Source: Heptranchias perlo
Lineage: Eukaryota
DNA: 64,000 nt
Direction of reading: 5' to 3'
NCBI RefSeq assembly: GCF_035084215.1
Contig: NC_090335.1
Span: 48,050,001 to 48,114,000 of the forward strand
Of this stretch, positions 12,941 to 25,058 are shown one piece after another. Every line of letters begins with the position of its first letter. Position 1 is the first letter of the stretch. The translations under genes were made by a program, and so were the position numbers. Below the pieces are notes generated by a model that was not told the origin of the DNA, made no database searches, and saw only the letters and a program-made list of their open reading frames with translations.

Positions 12941-13150
12941 CTAGCAGTGCAGAGTATTTTTAGTTACAGACTTGCTAATATGAATTTGCACCCATGGTAT
13001 TAAGTGGGGAGGGAAGCCGGAAATTTGCATGCTTCAGTTAGAGATAGTAATATAAGATAGTGAACGAGACGTCTGGTTGTCATAGTTACTTTACAAGATT
13101 ATTACAGCTTACACGTTGTGTGCATTCCATCCCCTGTCTGTAAATTGCTT

Positions 13151-13858
13151 TGTTAGATCTGAGGGGCTTGTGGAAAACCATAAAGACCACGTTAATGTAG
13201 AAATACGTGAACAGTTACTTGACCATAAAAAGAGAAAAGCATGATGGGTATTTGACCAATGTTAACTCCTTGACTCCCATACATAGGGTAGTTACAATTT
13301 CTCACACACACACACACACACACACACACAAAGACACAATTGTCCTTGGTACGTTGATAATTAAGTTGGCTGTCCAGGTGCTTGGTACTGTCTGGCCCCC
13401 CCCCCCTCCCCCCATGCAGATAAGGGTATTGCTGGCTTATAATATAATGAGAATACAGTTTCTTGAGAGGCCATGTGGCCTTGATTCTGACTTCAACCCT
13501 ACTGATTAACCAGCTTTGGAATTTAGGGAGGTGGTGTTCTCGGGCCTGCGAGGCCTATGTGCCAAAACAGGAATGAGCTATGGATGTCCAGAGGAGGCAG
13601 GCTCCCTACTTGATTGACTAACCACTTGAACTAATGGGGAATGTACATGTACGCCCATATTCTATGATAGTCAGATATTGCTGATTGAACTGTATAAATG
13701 TGAACTGTGTCCTTTGTCCAGAGAAGTGGTAGTTCTGACCATTGTCAGAGCAGATCTTCCCTTGAGCTCAAGTTTCTTTTAATTAAAATTCTTACTTGTC
13801 TGGAAATAAGTGTTTGGAGTTAATGCATTGTGTATAATAGGTAATTAAGTTTTCGACA
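13151..13858 (+). mobile_element. Possible solo LTR containing (CA)n
   Basis: TG...CA ends, TATAAA near 13693, ATTAAA near 13782, flanks TGCTT/GGCTT. Confidence 0.35.
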
Positions 13859-14570
13859 GGCTTGGGAAACATTTTAATTGCTGAATTGAAATGTTGCATG
13901 TTGTATACTGTCATTTTGCTTTCACTGTTTACTGCGACTGAGTTAGGTACTTGTCCACAAGAAAAGTGATGGGCCATTCGTCCTCTTTAATTCTTGTTTC
14001 CCTCATAGTGGCCAGTCAGTGGCATGGGTAGAATTCTAGGAGCTATTTGTGCTGCCTTTTCAGTGGGATATTGGCATATTGGGGAGAGGGCAATTGGGGA
14101 AGGGAGTAAAGTAAGTAATGCTGTTTGTGAATATGAGCTGGCTATGGGATGGTGGGAATAGAATTGCACTTTTTTGGTTCGAATCCCTGTCTTCCTAGGC
14201 CAAGTAGCCAACTGTAGCTAAGAGAGTTGGTCGACAACTTTCTGTTAATGCTCCTGTCAGCCAGCCAGCCAGTCAGCCACTCGAGGGCAAAATGATTTGC
14301 TTCTGATTTTTCTGACCTGTGTATAGACACTATACACAACACCTCACAGCGAGAGCTGAGATCAGGAGTGGGAATCAAACCTGCTTCTCACTGTGCATGG
14401 AGCCACACTAGTGTCTTCATGTTTTCTATGTGTTGTTTTTGTTGAAGGGGAGTGTGGGGGCAGTGGGAATAAATCGTTTGTAAGTTTTGTATCTCCTGTG
14501 TCAGATATTCCTGTAAAGACATAAGGCAAGTGTATTCTGCATAATACAGTTCCAATTTGCTCATATTCAG

Positions 14571-14700
14571 GCCTCCAAGTGGCTCAACAAGACCAACCAA
14601 GTGCATTCGTACTGGTCTGTAATGACCATTCGGGGCATCAGTTGGGGAGAGGAGGAGAATCCATTCGAGTTAGCATCTTCAACAAGAAGAACAAAGAATG
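14571..14700 (+). CDS. TRIM45: TRIM45 coding exon 3 (filamin)
   Basis: tattcag| GLQVAQQDQPSAFVLVCNDHSGHQLGRGGESIRVSIFNKKNKE |gtgggt; phases 1 to 2 fit. Confidence 0.92.
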
Positions 14701-15842
14701 GTGGGTAATTTGTGCAAGAGATAATAGCACCACAAATTACAGTCTGATAAAATGTAGCTGCCTTGTTTTGAAAAGTAGGTTAAAACTGGGTTATCAAGCA
14801 ACTAATTACTGTAGCCTTCACCCCTTGCACCCAATCTAAGTTAATTATTGGAGACCTGAAATTATACACTCTACAAGTTAAGTTTTAAACTTTTTGTTTT
14901 TTAATTACTGTCCAGAAAGTGCATTTCATGTACAGATTATTTTGAAATTCATCTTTCAAATGTTTCATAGAATTAAATATCTAATTAGAAAATATTTTCT
15001 ATGGGGAGGGGGAATTTCTGCTCCTTTGAACTTAAATGCATCCTATCGGACTTTATAATGGAATTATAGACATTTCAGCATAGAAGGCTGCCATTTGGCC
15101 CATCATTATACCAGTAAAATATTTGTGATTTTTATGTGTTTGATTGCTATCTATTTCTGGTATGAAGAACGATTTTATGGAAATTAATGACTGTTCATAA
15201 ATACAGTACAAAAATAGATATCCTTAAGTTCTTCTATCTGACTTTTGGAGCTCCAGAGTGCATCAATTGGATATTTAAATTGTGACACACTGTCTCATCC
15301 TGCAGCAATTAAAACTCCATTACATCGTTGAATTCAAGGCTCACTTTAAGATTTCTCTCCATTATGGGCGCATTCTTACTGAAATGTTTTTCCATATCCA
15401 GACCCAACAGAACCAGACGTGAAGCGAAGAAACTCTCAGTAGGGGAAAGCTTTGGAAATCATTGGTCCAAAGTCACCTGCTCCTCCCAAGCATGCTACAC
15501 CTATCATATGTCATGTTTCAAATAACTTATATTACATCGGAGTTGCACAACTGAACAGACTATTGTATTTAATTTATCTGACCCTATATTTTATGATGGG
15601 GTCAGTGCTGGCTATATTGAACTAAACACCAGAATACTTTAGGAACCTTCCATCTTGCATATTACATACCAGATTGGTTGCTTTCTTTTCCTATTTATCT
15701 ATCTGCCTATCTATCTTATCTAATATATGTGTATGTATGCACTATATAATCCTCAATCCTGAAAGACCTTGACAATAATTCATTGTTTAACTGAATGAAA
15801 GTATTTACAGTGAACATTTTGGTCTTTTCTTATTTCATGCAG

Positions 15843-15957
15843 CAGTCTCAGGGCAACGCTGCAGGACAATCATGATGGAACTTATCGAGTTACATACACT
15901 CCCCGGGTATCAGGCTCGTATGTGGCATGGGTCTGTGTAAAGGGACAGCATGTACAG
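15843..15957 (+). CDS. TRIM45: TRIM45 coding exon 4 (filamin)
   Basis: CSLRATLQDNHDGTYRVTYTPRVSGSYVAWVCVKGQHVQ |gtgagt; not in the ORF track, read manually. Confidence 0.93.
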
Positions 15958-16791
15958 GTGAGTTGACAGAGGATGAAGATCACTAAAATTATGACTCAAA
16001 AGAGTGTCGATTCTAGAGGCGTATTGCATTAGATCACTTGCCTTATGCCTTTGGCATCTGGGTTTGAATACATCCCTGATAGGATAGTTAAAAATATTTT
16101 CTCTAGGTCTTGAAATGAGATGTCTAGTTGCATCTGACCATCGAAGTATGTATATGCCCAGAATGCATGCGCGTGATCACTGATTATAAAATGTACGTTT
16201 CCCATATACTCTTTGCTCACAAAGTGCACCAGGGTCATTGAATCTGAAGCAGTGTTGTTATGGGATTGATCCTATGAGTACTGGAAGTGAGGTATGTGCT
16301 ATTTTTCCATTCTCAGCTGGATTACTTCAGCGAGCTGTTTCACAACATTACAACCTTTGCAGCCAGAGAGGGAGAAGCAGCTGGTGTTATTGCTCCTCCC
16401 CCCATAAGAAGAAAGCAAGCAGAAGTGTAAATGTTTTTGTATCTGTATGACTCAATAACTTGGAGTGCCATGGAACCTTCTAATAATGTCCTGCTTTTGT
16501 TCTTTCCAAGCATTAATCTTCTGAACTGTTGTTGATTGATTCAAAAATTGGTGAGTAAGTATAAATCTCCTTGAGGCTGAAATTTCCATCTTTGTTAATT
16601 TAATGAAAAAGTAGATAAGAATAAAAAAATGCTGATCCTGCACTTTTTACTCTCTAAAATTGATGAAGGTGGGAATTTCAGCCCTCCCCCCACCCCCCAC
16701 CCCCCCATATAAATAGTGCATAGGGTAATTAAACCCCTGCTTTCTAACAAGTCTTCACCCATAAAATACAAGACAATGTATTTCATCAGAT

Positions 16792-17025
16792 ATAAAAATA
16801 GAAAATGCTGGAAAATACTCAGCAGGTCAGGCAGCATCTGTGAAGAGAGAAACAGTGTTAACGTTTCAGGTCAATAACTTGATGAACGTTGAGTTCTGAT
16901 GACAGTTCATCGACCTGAAACGTTAACGCTGTTTCTCTCTCCACAAATGCTGCCTGACCTGCTGAGTATTTTCCAGCATTTTCTGTTTTTATTTCAGATT
17001 TCTAATATCTGCAGTATTTTGCATT
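16792..17025. repeat. Palindromic Penelope-type pLTR pair (about 81-bp arms) with degenerate hammerhead
   Basis: Arms 16792-16872 and 16912-16992 are near-perfect reverse complements; GAGTT CTGATGA...GACCT GAAACGTT AAC at 16891-16929. Confidence 0.8.
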
Positions 17026-18779
17026 TATATTTGATCAGATATCTGGCTTTCAAGATGTCAACAACTTTAAGTGAAAGTCTTGTTAATCAATGATTGATGC
17101 CCCAATCCTATCAGCCACACCTATTTCTGCTTCCTTCACCGTTGCCTCTGCCACTGCTACAGGTTAACCCTGCTGGTGCTCTTGCTGAAAGTTCCAAAAT
17201 TATGCAGGATACAGCAGATGCAGACACAGCAAAATGTCTATTTCAACATGCCAGTTTTATGCTCCACCAGAGTTTGGGTGGAAGCATGAACTTTGTTATA
17301 TTTCCTTTGTACCCCTGTTCGGGGGTTTCTCATTGGGGTCTTTAGCCAGGGCTCCAGTAGGTAGCCTTGATCCCCAGCAGCCAATTGTCCAGTCTGCCTG
17401 CTGCTTCAAATAGTGCTGGCAAAAGGACTGCTGCAAAATGAAGGCACCATCTGTACGTTAATGGAATGAAAACTTTTCCTATTCATAAATGCTATGGAGT
17501 GTTTTTTTGGGGTATTAATGGCTATGTGTGTGCCATCAATGAGGCCCTATATTCTTGCCAACAAAATGACAGTGAATGGACTTCAAAAAAGTAATTCCTT
17601 CAATGTGAAGCACTTTAGCAAATCCTGAGGATGTGAAAGGCACTGCATAAATACAGGTTGTCTCTTGCGAAGCCTTACACTTGGTAAAAATGCTGTGCCC
17701 CCTCGTGCTGTTGCCTCCTTTCCATGGGCAAAACGATCAAGATATTTCTCAAGGCAGCTGAGCCTTCTGGGATTTGCTTAAGCTCCCTCCTCCTTCTCTG
17801 TTGGTAGAGGGAGGGGGCTAGTGTCCTAGATTACGGGGTGCGGGGGGGGGGGGGGCGGGAAGGGGCTGCTGGGGAACTAGTCGAGAGTGCCAGTCCCATT
17901 CTTGGATCACAACTGCCTCTCTCCCTCTTGATCCCATATCCTGTTAACATACTTCGGGTTTGGCTAAACATGCCTCTGAACTCTCTCACTTCCATTCCCA
18001 ATTCCTCAAGACAATGTTTAAGCTCCCCACATTCTTTCTCTAGCTGTTCGCTATTAAGGTTTCTCTACAATTTACACTCTGTGCCCTCAGTTTCAAAATT
18101 ATCCCTTTCTACAACCTTGACCTTAAGTTCCTGTATTTCACTTTTCTGCAGCTGTTTTACTTTCCATTTATGCTGCCTACACTGAGATTTAAGTTGACTA
18201 TTTTCTTTACTTAGACGCTATTTTTCTAGGTACAACTCCTACAATGCTAAGAATAGATCCTGAACCAGAACAGACTTGATTTTGTTCTTGCTTTTTGAGT
18301 CACTGAGTGCTCTGAACAGACACTCAGTGATGGCATCAACCAATTTCCTTGATCCCTGTAGTTCCTCTACTTTTTGGACAGATACCCCATGTCGACCCAA
18401 ATACCAATCGACTAGTCAATACCAGCTATAATTACGAATGATTAATCTTTCATCTACCAGGCAGATCCTTCCCAAGACAGGTGCAAAGCACTTAATAAGT
18501 CATTTTTGGGCTCCTGGCTTCGCTCGCCATTTTTTGCCAGATTTTAGCCTCTCGTCTAATCTTATTAATTAATAGGGCTGAGAGTCTAGTTGCAGCAACT
18601 TTAATACGTTACTAAGAAATACAAGATTTAGCTTCTGCCTTACCTCATATTAATATATCAATCATAGTAAACGTGCAAGTCCCACGTGTCCACAGTAACC
18701 TACATTAGGCCAGCTCACTGGATGAAACCTTAGATGCCCTGAGGTTGATCTCTAGTGTTCTAAGTCTAAGCTGCACCCT

Positions 18780-19130
18780 TGTATACTTCCAAAAGGCATT
18801 TGATAAAGTACCACATAATAGGCTTGTCAGCAAAATTGAAGCCCATGGAATGGGGGCAGTAGCAGAATGGATACGAAATTGGCTAAGTGACAGGAAACGG
18901 AGAGTAGTGGTGAACGGTTGTTTTTTTGGACTAGAGGGAGGTGTACATGTGGTGTTCCCCAGGGGTTCGTACTAGGACCACTGCTTTTCTTGATATATAT
19001 TAATGACTTGGACTTAGGTGTACAAGGCACAATTTCAAAATTTGCAGATGACACAAAACTTGGAAGTGGAGTGAACAGTGAGGAGGATGGTGATAATCTT
19101 CAAGAGGACATAGATAGGCTGGTGGAATTA
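18780..19130 (+). mobile_element. CR1 RT fragment
   Basis: FQKAFDKVPH, GVPQG, FADD. Confidence 0.88.
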
Positions 19131-19243
19131 TTTGCTTTGTTATCGTGCTTTTGCATTTAATTTTTAAAAATTAATTTGTAATTTGCTTTTTAATATGGTC
19201 ATTATGTGTGATGTAACTTTAATAACCTGCTGTTGTCTTCCAG

Positions 19244-19370
19244 GGATCGCCATTCACTATAACAGTAACAAGTAAATTCCATAAGCACACTGGTATATTC
19301 CACTGCTGCACATTCTGTTCCAGTGGTGGACAAAAAGATGTCCGTTGTGGCTGTAGGGGCACGATGCCTG
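19244..19370 (+). CDS. TRIM45: TRIM45 coding exon 5
   Basis: ttccag| GSPFTITVTSKFHKHTGIFHCCTFCSSGGQKDVRCGCRGTMP |gtgagt; HCCTFCSSGGQK is the TRIM45 C-terminal signature. Confidence 0.95.
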
Positions 19371-20064
19371 GTGAGTTTAATAGAAGATCTCTATCATTTT
19401 ATGGCCCAATAGATGTTAGAATATGTATTTTTTGTATATATCATATTATGATTTACATTTGCACTTGTCAAATTGATTTTTAAATGTATTATTGAAAGCC
19501 TTTATAATAGTGAGTAACCAAGCTCAACGATCAGAATGTAACACTTAATGGACTGTAAATAAATTATTTATTTTCAAGTTTACAAAGAACAGCAGCATTG
19601 GCAAACTTCTTCAGCCAGTCTATATAAATAACTTGTAGAAACAGAAATGGAAAATTTGAAATCAGCTGAAATAATTTTTGAAACAGAATAGGCTTTTTTC
19701 TTTCCCCACCCCATTTATTTTCCTTTAGCGTGGCCATTTGGTACCATGTAGCCAATGGGAGGTACCTTTTATATATCTTGAAGTTATCTATGACCATTTT
19801 AAGTGGTACAACATGGACACAGAGATGGGATGACTTATTTCGGCATAGTGCTCCATCCAGAACGCTGAGGAACACCTGGTGGAGACAGTACTGTTCACAT
19901 CGTAGGACTTGACTATCTTGGGTGTAAGTGTTTGCCTTTAAAGAAGGTAAAAATGCCTGTTGTGCGACAAAGGGTATAGTTTCTGACATGGCATTACATG
20001 AAACTTACTGGCATTACTGTGTCTACCGTATTGTGAAATTTTGCTCTTTGTCTTCAATTGACAG

Positions 20065-20213
20065 GTGGGTACCAAGGCTGTGGACATGGACACAAAAGTC
20101 ACCCTGGGCAGCCACACTGGTCCTGTTGTGGAAAGTTGACTGAAAATTCAGAATGCTCTGGATCAATAAATGGCAACTCGTATCGGAGCCTGGTTAAGAC
20201 TGTTGCTCTGTAA
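20065..20213 (+). CDS. TRIM45: TRIM45 coding exon 6 (last)
   Basis: gacag| GGYQGCGHGHKSHPGQPHWSCCGKLTENSEC...SLVKTVAL* (TAA 20211-20213); spliced CDS is 1737 nt = 578 aa with no frame break. Confidence 0.95.
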
Positions 20214-21484
20214 CAATGCAAAGCTAGGGAACAGCAAACTTAAGATTGATCATAGAAAAGTTAGCAGTGAAGTAATGGCTGTTCAGCTGGCTTAGAAAGA
20301 CTTTGATGTTCAGGGTTAATTAAAGCTTATCTAATTTGATGCCTGGTATTGTCTATCTCATTATAAAATAGTGGCATAAATGGAGATGTTCCGAGCTGGT
20401 CAGTATTGATTACTTTGGGGACCTTGTCAAAATTACTAATTTATCAGTTTAAAAAATCAAAGAAAGGGAACTTAAGAATTCATTTCGAGCAAACACTTAC
20501 CCAATTAATAAGCAAAGGACTAAAATGGAGGAATAATATAAAGGAAATAGGAATGTATTTTTGTTGCAGTTTGCACTAATGAATACTCTATATAGCACAG
20601 ACTGTAATAACAAAGTGAAGAAAAAAAGATCTAGTTTAATGGCATTAAATTGTACCAGAGGCAATTCATTTTAGTGCAATTATGCATAAAAAAATACTTT
20701 CAAGATTAATGGAGGTGGGATAATTAAGATAAAATATATTGTAGAATAAGAGAGATTTATATGAACTGCCATGTGGGAATTGAGCTACAGTGTTCTATCT
20801 TGGTGATAACCAACAGCTGATTCAGTTGAACTAAGGGAATTATTGCTTCATTCAGACCGTATCCCCTTAAAATTGTGCTTGTCCCTTTTAAAATAGAGAT
20901 ATGGGAAAGGATAATGCAAAATGGAACTGACGTTGCATTTGCCATTTGTGGAATATATACAAAATGCTTGGCTTGTGTCTTGTATGTGAATATGTTTTAG
21001 ATTTGCCTAAAGTATATATTCACAAGTTTGACCCAAATGCTTCTCTATACTAATATGGACCCTTATTGAATGGCTGCTTAGACTGTCCTTAGTGACCTCA
21101 CTACTGAAGTCAGAATTAAAACTAAATCAATTTATAAATTTCTAATAATCATGTGCAACCATATAGTATCTTTTTGTAATATTAGTTTTGTGCTAATTTC
21201 AAATATTTATCAAAACTAATTTTGCTACATTGCATTCTGAACAGCATATTTTAAGTTGAGTATGTCAATGCATTTTGCATTTTTACAATGACTTATGTAA
21301 TTAGACATTTATTTGTACGTAAACTTTGTTGAATTTCAAATTTGCTCAATTTAAAATCTAATTTACTGTAACTTACCCCGGTCCAGATCGGGCGCTTGAT
21401 TTTTGCTAAAATTAGCAAAGCCTGGAACTTCAGCCCTTCTGTACCCTTCTTACTTTCTTCCTGTGTGGATTTTCTCTCACTAAG

Positions 21485-21490
21485 AATAAA
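21485..21490 (+). terminator. Candidate TRIM45 polyadenylation signal
   Basis: AATAAA about 1.3 kb after the stop in AT-rich 3'UTR-like sequence; usage unverified. Confidence 0.35.
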
Positions 21491-23251
21491 TACAATTTAA
21501 GAGTAAATGTTACTAGTCTGAATGAGTCTCCTTATGTGACGAGGGATACTATGTGGATTAACCAACTTTTTCTTATTCTACCAAAAATGTTGCTTGTGTG
21601 TGGTTTACACTACAAATTGGCTAAATTGTTTTATTTAATCAACTTTTTTCATACTAATACAACATTCTGCTTATGTATACATTTGTTTTTATGATTTATC
21701 TTCTAAATCTGCAGAGTATTTTCATCACGGCTACTGACATAAAATATATGAAAAATTCTTTTCAAAGCTTTAAAATAATCAATTGGCTCTTTCAGCCTCA
21801 AAGCAATTTTATATGTTGTATTGAACCACTGGACTTTTTTCACCTATTGGGCCTCCTGTATCCACCCTTTTTGTGATTCTTTCATTTGCCTATGATGTTC
21901 ATCAGACATTTAAAAGGCTGGATTTTTAAATAGCATGTAATGCACAAATTCAATGTTTAACCTATTTGATAAAACTTATTTCAAAGTATTAATAACTTTT
22001 ACCCTTCTGATTTCTGCTTGCATCCAACAGACATCATCCACACATAGAAAATGTGCACAAAAAAGTCACAATTTAGCAGAAAGAGTTCACATGAAATGTT
22101 CAAAACCATAATGACCACTTGTGAAAGGACTTGGTTTGGACTGATTGAAATCAGCTACATTCACGGTTCTGACTCAGAGACAAGCTACCACTGAGGTGGG
22201 GGACTATATAGAAAACTTTTAAAACAAAACTCAATTTCAGTATCAGCAGAAACTGCAGGGTATCAATCTAACATTGCCATCCTCGTTACTGAGCCATGAC
22301 TGGTTGTGTTCTACTTCCCTCAGCAACCTAGGATGGGATGCATCCTAGGTTGCTGAGGGAAGTAAGGGTGGAAATTGAAGAGGTGCTGGCCATAATCTTC
22401 CAATCCTCCTTAGAAACGGGGGTGGTGCCAGAGGACTGGAGAATTGCAAATGTTACACCCTTGTTCAAAAAAGGGTGTAAGGATAAACCCAGCAACTACA
22501 GGCCAGTCAGTTTAACCTCGGTGGTGGGGAAACTTTTAGAAACAATAATCTGGGACAAAATTAATAGTCACTGGGACAAGTGTGAATTAATAAAGGAAAG
22601 CCGGTATGGATTTGTTAAAGACAAATCATGTTTAACTTGATGAGTTTTTTAATGAGGTAACAGAAAGGGTTGATGAGGGCAATGCGGTTGATGACTCTCA
22701 AAAGGCCATAAAGTGCCACATAACAGACTTGTCAGCAAAAGTAATGCACATTGAATAAAAGGGGCAGTAGCAGCATAGATATGAAATTGGCTAAGTGACA
22801 GGAAACAGATAGTAATAGTGAACTGTTGTTTTTCGGACTGGAGGAAGGTATACTGTGGTGGTCCCCAGGGGTCGGTACTAGGACCACTGCTTTTATTGAT
22901 ATATATTAATGACTTAGACTTGGGTGTATAGGGCATAATTTCAAAATTTGCAGATGCCACAAAACTTGGTAGTGTAGTAAACAGTGCGGAGGATAGTGTT
23001 AGACTTCAAGAGGACATAGACAGGCTGGTGGAATGGGCGGACACTTGGCAGATGAAATTTAATGCAGGGAAGTGCGAAGTGATACATTTTGGCAGGAAGA
23101 ATGAGGAGAGGCAATATAAACTAAATGTTACAATTCTAAAGTGGATGCAGGGACAGAGAGACCTGGGGGTATATGTGCATAAATCTTTGAAGGTGGCAGG
23201 ACAGGTTGAGAAAGTGGTTATAAAAACATGGGATCCTGGGCTTTATAGGCA

Positions 23252-23802
23252 GCTGAGAGGAGCCGAGCCGAGCGGAGGGAGCGTCCGATAAAAGGCGGGA
23301 TTTCAGAGCGCTGAGAGGAGCCGAGCCGAGCGGAGGGAGCGTCCGATAAAAGGCGGGATTTCAGAGCGCTGAGAACAGCTGAGAGGAGCCGAGCCGAGCG
23401 GAGGGAGCGTCCGATAAAAGGCGGGATTTCAGAGCGCTGAGAACAGCTGAGAGGAGCCGAGCCGAGCGGAGGGAGCGTCCGATAAAAGGCGGGATTTCAG
23501 AGCGCTGAGAGGAGCCGAGCCGAGCGGAGGGAGCGTCCGATAAAAGGCGGGATTTCAGAGCGCTGAGAACAGCTGAGAGGAGCCGAGCCGAGCGGAGGGA
23601 GCGTCCGATAAAAGGCGGGATTTCAGAGCGCTGAGAGGAGCCGAGCCGAGCGGAGGGAGCGTCCGATAAAAGGCGGGATTTCAGAGCGCTGAGAACAGCT
23701 GAGAGGAGCCGAGCCGAGCGGAGGGAGCGTCCCATAAAAGGCGGGATTTCAGAGCGCTGAGAACAGCTGAGAGGAGCCGAGCCGAGCGGAGGGAGCGTCC
23801 GA
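23252..23802 (+). repeat. CR1 5' tandem array: 8 full and 1 partial 58-bp monomers with optional 10-bp spacer
   Basis: Unit GCTGAGAGGAGCCGAGCCGAGCGGAGGGAGCGTCCGATAAAAGGCGGGATTTCAGAGC, with or without GCTGAGAACA; periods 58,68,68,58,68,58,68,68. Confidence 0.97.
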
Positions 23803-24110
23803 GTTCGAAGTGACGTCAGGAATCAGATCGGGACGCGACACAGGGGAGGCACCTGATTGGTGAGTTGGTTCAGGTGAGTATTTCTCCTTATCTACAGTAA
23901 CTGAAGTAAAAGGAAAGGGAAGGTCTGCAGGTCTTATAGGAAGTAGCGTTTATTTTTTAGTGAATCAAGGTCCCTAGTGTAGTTAACATTCTCTAAATTG
24001 AGAACAATTTAAAGGAGTAAACTCCTTAAAGGGAGTGGTAAGTAGTTTTTCTTTCCTTTTTTTTTCTCTTGACATTGTAGTTGTTCTTAAGCTAATTTAA
24101 GGGTTAAGTC

Positions 24111-25058
24111 ATGGCAGGAGATCCCAGCGCCGTGTCATGTTCCTCTTGTGGGATGTGGGAATTCAGGGCTCCTTCCTGTATCCCTGATTCCTTCACCTGC
24201 GGGAAGTGTGTCCAGCTGCAGCTATTGTTTGACCGCTTGACGGCTCTGGAGCTGCGGATGGACTCACTTTGGAGCATCCGCGATGCTGAGAAAGTCGTGG
24301 ATAGCACGTTCAGTGAGTTGGTCACACCGCAGATAAAAATTACTGAGGGAGATAGTGAATGGGTGACCAACAGACAGAGGAAGAGTAGGAAGGCAGTGCA
24401 GGGGTCCCCTGCGGTCATCTCCCTCCAAAACAGGTATACCGTTTTGGATACTGTTGGCGGAGATGGCTCACCAGGGGAAGGTGGCAGTGGCCAGGTTCAT
24501 GGCACCGTGGCTGGCTCTGCTGCACAGGAGGGCAGGAAAAAGAGTGGCAGAGCTATAGTGATAGGGGACTCGATTGTAAGGGGAATAGACAGGCGTTTCT
24601 GCGGACGCAACCGAGACTCCAGGATGGTATGTTGCCTCCCTGGTGCAAGGGTCAAGGATGTCTCGGAGCGGCTGCAGCACATTCTGGAGGGGGAGGGTGA
24701 ACAGCCAGTTGTCGTGGTGCATATAGGTACCAACGATATAGGTAAAAAACAGGATGAGGTCCTACAAGCTGAATTTAGGGAGTTAGGAGTTAAACTAAAG
24801 AGTAGGACCTCAAAGGTAGTAATCTCAGGATTGCTACCAGTGCCACGGGTTAGTCAGAGTAGGAATGACAGGATAGCTAAGATGAATACGTGGCTTGAGA
24901 GATGGTGCAAGCTGGAGGGATTCAAATTCCTGGGCCATTCGAACCGGTTCTGGGGGAGGTGGGACCAGTACAAATTGGACGGTCTGCATCTGGGCAGGAC
25001 TGGAACCAATGTCCTAGGGGGAGTGTTTGCCAGTGCTGTTGGGGAGGGTTTAAACTAA
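24111..25058 (+). CDS. CR1 ORF1p: zinc finger/leucine zipper + SGNH esterase, 315 aa
   Basis: CSSC...CGKC, heptad leucines, VIGDS, PGA, GTND and DGLH blocks. Confidence 0.95.
   Translation: MAGDPSAVSCSSCGMWEFRAPSCIPDSFTCGKCVQLQLLFDRLTALELRMDSLWSIRDAEKVVDSTFSELVTPQIKITEGDSEWVTNRQRKSRKAVQGSPAVISLQNRYTVLDTVGGDGSPGEGGSGQVHGTVAGSAAQEGRKKSGRAIVIGDSIVRGIDRRFCGRNRDSRMVCCLPGARVKDVSERLQHILEGEGEQPVVVVHIGTNDIGKKQDEVLQAEFRELGVKLKSRTSKVVISGLLPVPRVSQSRNDRIAKMNTWLERWCKLEGFKFLGHSNRFWGRWDQYKLDGLHLGRTGTNVLGGVFASAVGEGLN

Noticed and set aside
23252-23802. CRISPR-like appearance of regular repeats
   Set aside because: No unique spacers, no cas genes, eukaryotic LINE context.
24902-25057. Upstream ATG extension of ORF2 in the ORF track
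   Set aside because: Lies inside ORF1 and the ATG is absent from the 54-kb copy; likely incidental.
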